64,000 nt of DNA, from NCBI RefSeq assembly GCF_009914755.1, contig NC_060946.1. The stretch is one strand, 5' to 3'. The notes beneath the pieces are model-generated. The model searched no databases and was not told the DNA's origin. It saw only the letters and a program-made list of their open reading frames with translations. A program made the translations under genes and the position numbers. Shown in pieces: positions 54,189 to 64,000 of the stretch. Origin of the DNA: the human T2T-CHM13v2.0 reference genome, Homo sapiens. Within the stretch, counting starts at the first letter, position 1. Every line of letters begins with the position of its first letter.

Positions 54189-57100
54189 CTTGAGGAACTG
54201 AATGTTGTCCCTCACAAAGGAGTACAGAACACTGCTGCTGGGTTCTGAGTGTTTGTTCCTAATGTGTGATTCCAGACCACCGCTATGAGGGTCTGAAAGT
54301 TTTTCCCTCATAAAGTATTGTAGAACAAGGCTACTGGGTTCTATTTGTTTGACCTTCACAATAGATTCCAGAGCACTGCTGCAGATTTCTTAGTATTTGT
54401 CCCTCACGTAGAATTCCAGAACATTTCTACTAGGTTCTGAATGTTTGTCCCTCAGATAGGATTCTAGTACACAGTGGATACCAGAACACTACTGCTGTGT
54501 TCTGAGTGTTTTTCCTCACAAAGTATTCTAGAACACTGCTGCTGGGTTCTGAGTGTTTGTCCCTCACATAGGATTCCAGAACACTGTTGCTGGATTCTGA
54601 GTGTTTGTCACTCACATAAGATTCCAGAACACTGCTACTGGGTTCTGTGTGTTTGTCCCTCACATAAGATTCCAGAATACTGCTACGAATTTCTGAAAGT
54701 TTGTCACTCCCACAGGACTCCAGAACACTGCAGTTGGGTTCTGAGTGTTTTTCCCTCACATAGGATTCCAGAACACTGCTGCTGGTTTTTGAGTGTTTGT
54801 CCCTCATATAGGATTCCAGAACACTGTTACGAGGGTCTGAATATTTTTCCCACAGTAAGGATTCCAGAACACTGTTATGAAGGTGTAAATGTTTTTCCCT
54901 CTCAAGGGATTCCAGAACACTGCTGCTGGTTTCTGAGTGTTTGTCACTCATATATGATTACAGAACACTGCTACGAGGCTCTGAAAATATTTCCCTCACA
55001 TAGGATTCCAGAACACTGCTAGAAAGGTCTGAATGTTTTCCCCTCATAAAGGATTCCAGAGCACTGCTGTTGGTTTTTTAGAGTTTCTCCCTCACATAGG
55101 ATTCCAGAACACTGCTACGAGGGTCTGAATGTTAGGCCCACAGATAGGATTCCTGTACACAGTGAGTGGGTTCTGAGTGTTTGTCCCTCAAACAGGATTG
55201 AAGAACACGGCTGCTGGGTTGTGAGTGTTTGTTCTTCATATAGGATTCTAGAACACTGCTTGCTGCTGGGTTCTGAGTGTTTGTCCCTCACTTAGGATTC
55301 CCAAAATCTGTTACGAGGGTCTGAATGTTTGCCCATCACAAAGGATTGCAGAACATTGCTGATGGGATCGGAGTGTTTGTCCATCACATAGGATTCCAGA
55401 ACACTGCTTTGAGCGTCTGAAAGTTTGTCCCACAGAAAGGATTCTAGAACACTGCTGCTGGTTTCTGAGTGTTTGTCACTCACATAGGATTCCAGAACTC
55501 TGCTACGAAATTCTGAATGTTTGTTGCTCACATTTTATTTCAGAAAACTGCTGCTGGGTTCTGAGGGTTTGACTTCATAGAGGAGTCCAGAACACTGCCG
55601 TTGGGTTATCAGTGTTTGTCCCTCACATAGGATTCCAGAACACTGCTACAAGGGTCTAAATATTTTTCCCTCACAAAGATTCCAGAACACAGCTGCTGGG
55701 TTCTGTTTGCTTGTGCCTCACAAAGGATTCCAGATCACCGCTGCTAGTTTCTGAGTGTTTATCCCTCACATAGGATTCCAGAACACTTCCACGAGTGTCT
55801 GAATATTTGTCACTCGACAAGATTCCAGAAAACAGCTGCTGGTTTCTGAGTGTGTGTTCATCACATAGAATTCCAGAACACTGCTACTGGGTTCTGAGTG
55901 TATGTCCCTCAGATAGGATTCCAGAACACTTCTGCTGGATTGTGAGTGTTTGTCCCTCACATAAGATTCCAGAACACTGCTGCTGGGTTCTGAGTGTTTG
56001 TGCCTCCATTAGGATTCCGTAACACTGCTACAAGGGCCTGAATGTTTGTCCATAACAAAGGATTCCAGAAGATTTCTGCTGGGTTATGACTGTTTGTACC
56101 TCACATAGGATTCCAGAACACAGCTTCGAGGGTTTGAATGTTTGTCCCTCACAAAGGATTCAAGAACATTCCTGCGGGGTTCGGAGTGTTTGTCACTCAC
56201 GCAGGATTCCAGAACACTGCTGCTGCGTTCTGGGCTTTTATCCCTCACTTAGGATTCAAGAACACTCCTACGAGGTTCTGAACGTTTGTCCCTAAAAAGG
56301 ATTAGAGAACAGTGCTGCTGGGTTCAGATTTTTGTCCCTCACAAAAGATTCCAGAGCACTGCTGGTGGTTTCTGAGTGTTGTCCCTCACATAGGATTCCA
56401 GAACACTTCTACGATTGTCTGAATGTTTGTCCCTCATATAGGATTCCAGAACACAGTGGTTGGGTACTGAGTGTTTGTCCCTCACATGGGATTCCAGAAC
56501 ACTGCTGTTGGGTTCTGAGGGTTTGTCTCTCACATAGGATTCTAGAACACTGCTGCTGGGTTCTGAGTGTTTGTCCCTCAAATGGGATTCCAGAACAGTG
56601 CTATGAAGTTCTGAATCTTTGTCTTTCACTCAGGATTCCAAAACACTGCTGCTGGGTTCTGAATGTTTGTCCCTTACATAGGATTCCAGAACACTGCTAC
56701 GGGGTTCTGAATGTTTTCCCTCAAAAAGGTTACAGAATAAAACTCTGGCTTGTGTTTGTTGCCCTCACAAAGGTCTCCATAGCACCGCTGCTGTTTTCTG
56801 AGTGTTTGTCCCTCACATAGGATTCCAGAACACCTCCACGGGTGTCTGAATATTTGTCCCTCAGAAGGATTCCAGAACACAGTGGCTTGGTTCTGAGTGT
56901 TTGTCCCTCACTTAGGATTCCAGAACACTGCTCCGACGGTCTGAATGTTTGTCCATCACAAAGGATTCCTGAACACTGCTGCTGGGTTGTGACTGTTCCT
57001 CCCTCACATAGGATTCCAGAGCACTGCTTTGAGGGCATGAATGCTTGTCCCACACAAAGAATTCTAGAACACTGCTGCTGGATTCTGAGTGTTTGTCACT

Positions 57101-60100
57101 CACATAGGATTCCAGAATACTGCTGTTGGGTTCTGAGTGTTTGTCCCTCACATGGGATTCCAGAACGTTACTGCCTGGTTCTGAGTGTTTGTCCCACATC
57201 TAAGATTCCAGAACAATGCTGCTGGGTTCTGAGTGTTTGTCCCTCACATAAGATTCCAGAACACTGCTACGAGGTTCTGAATGTTTGTCCCTCAGAAAGG
57301 ATTCCAGAACGCTGCTGCTGGGTTCTGAGTGCTTATCCTTCACATAGGATTTCAGACCCCTGTTGCAGTGATCTGAGTGTTTGTCCATCACATAGGATTC
57401 CAGAACACTACTGCTGAGTTCTGAGTGTTTCTCCCTCACAGAGGATTCTACAACACTGCTGCTGGATTCTGAGTGTTTCTCCCACACCTAGGATTCCAGA
57501 ACACTGCGAAGAGGTTCCGAATGTTTCTCCATCACAACAGATTACAGAAGATTGCTCCTAGGTTCTGAGAGTTGTCAATCACATAGGATTGCAGAACACT
57601 GCTTCGAAGGTCTGAATGTTTGTCCCTCAAAAAGCATTCCAGCACACTGCTGCTGGTTTCTGAGTGTTTGTCCCTCACTTGGGATTCCAGAATACTGCTG
57701 CTGGGTTCTGTGAGTTTGTCCCTCAAATAGGATTCCAGAACACTGCTTCGAGGTTCTGAATGTTTGTACCCCACAAAGGATTCTAGAACACTGCTGCTGG
57801 GTTCTGAGGGTTTGTTCCTCATTTAGGATTTCAGAACACTGCTGCTGGGTTCAGAGTGTTTGTCTCTCAAGAGTGATTGCAGAACACTGCTGCTCAGTTC
57901 AGACGGTTTGTCCCTCACACAGGATTAAAGAACACTGCTATGAGGTTCTGAATGTTTTTCCCTCATAAAGGATTCCAGAATACTGCTGCTGGTTTCTGAG
58001 TGTTTATCCCTCACATAGGATTCCAGAACACTTCTACCAGTGTCTGAATGTTTGCCCCTCAGTTAGGATTCAAGAACACAGTGGCGGGGTTCCGAGTGTT
58101 TGTCCCTCACATAGGATTCCAGAACCCTGCTGCTTGGTTCTGTGTGTTTGTCCCTCACGGAGGATTCTAGGACACTGCTGCTGGCTTCTGGGTGTTTGTC
58201 CCTCACATGGGAAATCAGAACACTGCTACGACAGTCTGAGTGTTGTCTGTCACAAAGGATTCCAGAACACTGCTACGAATTTCTGAATGTTTTTCGCTGA
58301 CATGTGATTTCAGAACACTGCTGTTGTGTTCTCAGTGTTTGTCCATCACATAAGGTTCCAGAACACTGCTGCTGGGTCCTGTGTGTTTGTCCCTCACATA
58401 GAATTCCAGAACACTGCTACGGGGTTCTAAATATTTTTCCCTCACATAGGATTCCAGAAGACTGCTGCTGGGTTCTGTTTGTTTCTCCCACAAAAAGGAT
58501 TCCAGAACACCTATGCTGGTTTCTGAGCGTCTCTCACGTAGGATTCCAGAACACTTCCACGAGTGTCTGAATGTTTGTCACTCAGATAGGTTTCCAGAAC
58601 ACAGTGGCTGGGTTTGAGTGTTTGTCCCTCACATAGGATTCCATAATGCTGCTGCTGGGTTCTGATTGCTTGTTCCTCACATACGATTCCAGAACACTGC
58701 TTCTGAGTTCTGAGTCTTTGTTTCACATATAATTCCAGAACACTGCTGTTGGGTTCTGAGTGTTAGTCCCTCACCAAGGATTCCAGAACACTGCTGCTGG
58801 TTTCTGAGTGTTTGTACCTCACTTAGCTTTCAAGAACACTAATACTGAGTTCTGAGTGTTTGTCCCTTACATAGGATTCCAGAACACTCCTACGAGGGTC
58901 TACTGGGTTGTGAGTGTTTGTGCCTCACATAAGATTCCAGAACACTGCTACGAGGGTCTGAATGTTTGTCTCTCACAAAGGATTCCATAACACTGCTGCT
59001 GGGTTCTGAGAGTTTGTACCTCACATAGGATTCCAGAACAGGGCTGCTAGGATCTCAGTGTTTGTCTCTCACATGGGATTCCAGAACACGACTGCTGGGA
59101 TCAGAGTGTTTCGCCCTCACATAGGATTCCAGAACACTGCTGCTGAGATCACAGTGTTTTTCCCTCACATAGGATTCCAGAACACTGCCACGAGGTTCTG
59201 AATGACTGGCCCGCACAGACAATTCCAGAACCCAGTTCCTGGGTTCTGAGTGTTGTCACTCACATAGTATTCCAGAACACTGCAACTGGGTTCTGACTGT
59301 TTGTCCCTCATATTAGATTCCAGAACAATGCTACGAGGGTCTGAATGTTTTTCCTTCACATAGGATTCCAGAACACTTTTACGAGGGTGTGAATGTTTTT
59401 CCCTCCCAAAGGATTCCAGAAGACTGCTGCTGGGTTCTGAGTGTTTGTCCCTCATATAGGATTCCAGAGCACTGCTACGAGGGTCTGAATTTCTTTCCCT
59501 CACATAGGTTTCCAGAACACTGCTATAAGGATGTGAAAGTTTTTCCCTCAAAAGGATAGCAGCACACTGCTCCTGGGTTCTGTTTGTTTGTCACTCAGAA
59601 AGGATTCTAGAACACTGCTGCAGATTTCTTAGTGTTTGTCCGTCACACAGGATTCCAGAAAACTTCTACGAAGTTCGGAATGTTTTTCCTTCAGATAGGA
59701 TTCCAGTACACAGTGGAATCCAGTACACAGCCACTGTTTCTGAGTGTTTGTACCTCACATAGGATTCCAGAACACTGCTGCTGGGTTCTGAATCTTTGTC
59801 CCACACAAAGGATTCTAGACCACTGTTGCTGTGTTCTGAGTGTTTGTCCCACACATAGGATTCTGAAAAACTGCTACGAGGGTCTGAATGTTTGTCCATC
59901 ACAAAGGATTCCAGAAAACTGCTGCAGGGATTGTGGTGTTTGTCCCTCACGTAGGATTCCAGAACACTGCTTTGAGGTTCAGAATGTTTGTCACACAAAA
60001 AGGATTCTTGAACAGTGCTGCTGGTTTCTGAGTCTTTGTCGCTCAAACAGGATTACAGAACATTGCAGCTGGGTTCTGAGTGTTTGTCCCTCATATGGGA

Positions 60101-63100
60101 TTGCAGAACACTGCTGCTGTGTTCTGAGTGTTTGTCCCTTACGTACGATTCCTGAACATTGCTATGAGGTTCCGAATGTTTGTTCCTCACAAAGGATTCC
60201 AGAACACTGCTGCTGGGTTCTGAGTGTTTGTACCTCACGTAGAATTCCAGAACACTGCTACGAAGTTGTGAAAGTTTGTCCCTCACAGAGGATTCCAGAA
60301 CACTGCTGCTGGGCTCAGAGTGTTTGTCCCTCACATAGGACTCCAAACCACTGCTGCTGGGTTCGGAGCATTTGTCCCTCACATAGGATTCCAGCACACT
60401 GCTATGACGGTCTGAATGTTTATCCCTCAATAAAGGTTCCAGAACACTGCTACTGGGTTCTGAGTGTTTGTCCCTCATATTGGATTCCAGAACAATGCTA
60501 CGAGGGTATGAAGGTTTCTCCCTCACATGGGATTCAAGAACACTATTAGGAGAGTGTGGTTTCCCGAGCGCTGCTGGTGGGTTCTGTGTGTTTGTCCCTC
60601 ATATAGGATCCCAGAACACTGCTATGAGGGTATGAATGTTTTTCTATCACATAGGATTCCAGAACACTGCTATGAGGGTCTGAATATTTTTTCCTCACAA
60701 AGGATTGTAGAACACTGCTGCTGGGTTCTGAGTGTTTGTCCCTCACATAGGATACCAGAACACTGCTGCTGGGTTCTGAATGTTTGTCCCTCACTTAGGA
60801 ATCCAGAACACTGCTGCTGGGTTCTCAGTGTTTGTCCCTCACATAGAATTCCAGAACACTGCTACAAACTTCTGAAAGTTTGTCGCTCACGTAGTATTCC
60901 AGAATATTGTGCTGGGTTCTAAGTGTTTGTCCCACACATAGGATTCCAGAACACAGCTGCTGGGTTCCGAGTGTTTGTCCCTCAGATAGGATTCCAAAAT
61001 ACTATTACGAGGGTCTGAATGTTTTTCCCTCACGAAAGATTCAAGAACACTGCTTCTGGGTTCTGATTGTTTGCCCCTCACAAAGGATTCCAGAGCACTG
61101 CTGCTGGCTTCTGAGGGTTTTTCCCTCACATAGGATTCCAGAACTCTTCTACGAGTGTTTGAATATTTCTCCCTCAGATAGGATTCCAGAACACAATGAC
61201 TGGGTTCTAAGTGATTTTCCCTCACATAGGTTTCCAGAACACAGCTGCTGGGTTCTGAGTGTTTGTCCCTCACATAGGATTACACAACACTGCTGCTGGA
61301 TTCGGAATGGTTGTCCCTCCCATAGGATTCCCGAACACTACTGCTGGGTTCTGAGTGTTTGTTCCTCACATAGGATTCTGGAACACTGCTACGAGGGTCT
61401 GAATGTTTGTCCAACAAAAAGGATTGCAGAACATTGCTTCTGGGTTCTGAGGGTTTGTCTCTCACATAGGATTCCAGAAGACTGCGTGGGTCTGAAAGTT
61501 TGTCTCTCATAAAGGACTCTAGAACACTGCTGCCGGGTTCTCAGTGTTTGTCACTCAAATAAGATTCCAGAACACTGCTGCTGGGTTCTGAGTGTTTGTC
61601 TCTCACATGGTATTCCAGAACATTGCTGCTTGGTTCTGAGTTTTTGTCCCTCACGTGTGATTCCAAAAGACTGCCACTGGGTTCAGAGTGTTTGTCCCTC
61701 ACATACTATTCCAGAACACTGCTACTAGGTTCTGAATGTTTGTCCCTCACAAATTATTTCTGACCACTGCTGATGGGTTCTGAGTGTTTGTCCCCAACAT
61801 AGGATTCCAGAACTCTGCTGCTGGGTTCTGTTTGTTTGTCCCTCACAAAGGAATCCAGAGCACTGATGCTGGTTTCTGAGTGTTTTTCCCGCACATAGGA
61901 TGCCAGAACACTGCTACGATGGTCTGAGTGTTTCTCCGTCACAAAGGATTGCAGAATACTGCAGCTGGGTTCTCAGTGTTTGTCCCTCACATAGACCCAA
62001 AACACTGCTTGGAGGGTCTGAATGTTAGTCCCACACAAAGGATTCTAGAACACTGCTGCTGGGTTCTGAGTGTTTTTCCTTCACAGGGGAATCAAAAACA
62101 CTGCAGCTGGGTTCAAAGTGTTCGGCCCTCACATATGATTCCAGAACACAGCTACAAGGTTCTGAATGATTGTCCCTCAAAAAGTATTCCAGAACACTGC
62201 TTTTGGGTTCTGAGTGTTTGTCGCTCACGTGGGATTCAAAAACACTGCTGCTGGGTTCAGAGTGTTTGTCGCTTACATAGGATGCCAGAACACGGCTCTT
62301 GATTTCTCAGTGTTTGTCCCTCACAAAGGATTCCAGAACACTTCTGCTGGTTTCTGAGTGTTTTTCCCTCACATAGGATTCCAGAACTCTTCCCCGAGGT
62401 TCCCAATATTTGACCCTCAGATAGGATTCCAGAACACAGTGGCTGGGTTTTGAGTGATTGTCCCACACTTCGGGAATCAGAACACTGCTGTTGGGTTCTG
62501 AGTGTTTCTCCTTCACACAGGATTCCAGAACACTGCTGCTGAGTTCTGAGTGTTTGTCCCTCAGATAGGATTCCAAAACACTGCCGCTCGATACTGAGGG
62601 ATTGTCCCTCACATAGATTTCTAGAACACTGCAGCTTGTTTTTGAGGGTTTCTCTCTCACTTAGGATTCCAGAACACTGCTAAGTGTGTCTGAATGTTTG
62701 TCCCTCACAAAGAACTCCATATCACTGCTACGAGTGTCTGAACGCTTGTCCTTCACACCAGATTCCAGAACACTGCTACTGGGTTCTGAGTGTTTGTCCT
62801 TCACATAGGATTCCAGAACACTCCTCTGAGGGTGTGAGTGTTTGTCCCTCACATAGGATTCCAGAACACTGCTTCTGGATTTTGAGTGTTTGTCCCTCAC
62901 ATACGATTCCAGAATACTTCTGCAGGGTTCTGAGTGTTTGTTCCTCACTTAGGATACCAGAACTCTGCTGTTGGGTTCTGAGTGTCTGTCCCTCACATAT
63001 CATTTCACAGCATGGCTGCTGGGTTCTGAGAGTTTGTCCCTCAAATAGAATTCCAGAACACTGCTGCTGAGTTTTGAGTGTTTGTACCTCACATACGATT

Positions 63101-64000
63101 CCAGAACACTGCTACGAGTCTCTGAATGATTGTTCATCACAAAGAATTCCAGAGCGCTGCTGCTAGTTTGTTAGTGTTTGTCCATCACATAGGATTCCAG
63201 AACACTTCTGCAAGAGTCTGAATGTTGTCACTCAGATAGATTCCAGTACACAGAGGCTGTGTTCTGAGTGTTTGTCCCTCACGTAGGATTCCAGAACACT
63301 GCTGCTGGTTTCTGAGTGTTTGTCCCACACATAGGATTCCAGAACACTGTTGCTGGGTTCTGAGTGTGTGTCCCTCACATAGGAATCCAGAAAAATGCTT
63401 CGAGAGTTTGAATGTTTGTCCCTCACAATGGATTATAGAACACTGCTCCTGGGTTCTGAGAGTTTGTCACTCACATAGGATTCCAGAACACTGATGCTGT
63501 GTTCTGAGTGTTTGCTCCTCACATAGGATTCCAGAACACTGCTTCCAGGGTCTGGATGTTTGTCCCTCACAAAGGATTCTAGAACACTGCTGCTGGGTTG
63601 TGAGTGTCTGTCCCTCACTTAAGATTCCAGAACACTGCTGCTGGATTCTGAGTGTTTGTCCCTCACATAGGATTCCAGAACACTGCTCCTGGGTTCTAAG
63701 TGCTCGTCCCCCACAAAGGAATCCAGAGCACTGCTGCTGGGTTCTGAGTGTTTGTCCCTTACATAGGATAACAGAACACTGCTAAGATCGTCTAAAGGTT
63801 TGTCTGTCTGAAAAGATTCCAGAAAACTGCTGCTGGGTTCTGAGCGTTTGTTCCCCACATAGGATTCCAGAACACTGATTCGATGGTCTGAATGTTTTTC
63901 CCTCACAAAGGATTCTAGAACACTGCTACAGGGTTAGTAGTGTTTGTCCCTCATATAGGATTGCAGAACACTGCTCCTGGGTTCTTAGTGTTTGTCCCTC

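Larger units (their letters stand above)
50018..64000 (-). repeat. 48-bp tandem satellite array (CER/D22Z3-like), inverted domain, ~290 monomers, runs off the window end
   Basis: The + strand reads ATAGGATTCCAGAACACTGCTGCTGGGTTCTGAGTGTTTGTCCCTCAC, the reverse complement of the left-domain monomer. The RDKHSEP-type ORFs switch to the - strand after ~50 kb. Confidence 0.95.

Noticed and set aside
59-63906. Hundreds of ORFs encoding VRDKHSEPSSSVLESY, SHRIPEHCCWVLSVCP or CEGQTLRTQQQCSGIL repeats (longest 16017-17090, 357 aa; 59632-60549, 305 aa)
   Set aside because: The 48-bp unit is 16 codons and three of six consensus frames lack stops, so ORFs arise automatically. They overlap on both strands, mostly start at GTG/TTG, and are broken at random by stops and frameshifting indels.
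1-64000. CRISPR-like array (conserved segment alternating with variable segment, short internal palindrome)
   Set aside because: The variable parts are homologous variants of one consensus, not unique spacers. There is no leader and no cas genes.
1-64000. Alpha satellite, HSat2/3, beta satellite or telomeric repeat; CENP-B boxes
   Set aside because: The period is 48 bp, not 171, 68, 5 or 6 bp. No CENP-B box was noticed.
1-64000. CAG trinucleotide repeat locus
   Set aside because: Only (CAG)3 within each monomer, with no expansion anywhere.

Overview
The whole 64 kb window is one eukaryotic tandem satellite array with no genes. The monomer is 48 bp, consensus GTGAGGGACAAACACTCAGAACCCAGCAGCAGTGTTCTGGAATCCTAT (about 50% GC). 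From memory this matches the human/primate CER (D22Z3-type, 48-bp) satellite; this was not database-checked. About 1,040 diverged monomers run on the + strand (1-50008). A sharp head-to-head inversion with a 9-nt non-consensus linker follows (50009-50017), then about 290 monomers on the - strand (50018-64000). All supplied ORFs are artefacts of the 16-codon period. I saw no protein-coding gene, RNA gene, CRISPR array or interspersed transposon. The interest is structural: A/B monomer classes, a recurring 4-monomer landmark cassette, a local 17-mer (816 bp) higher-order repeat, subfamily domains, recent and dispersed duplications, short identical patches between distant sites, and repair-like scars. 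I found no convincing novel biological system.
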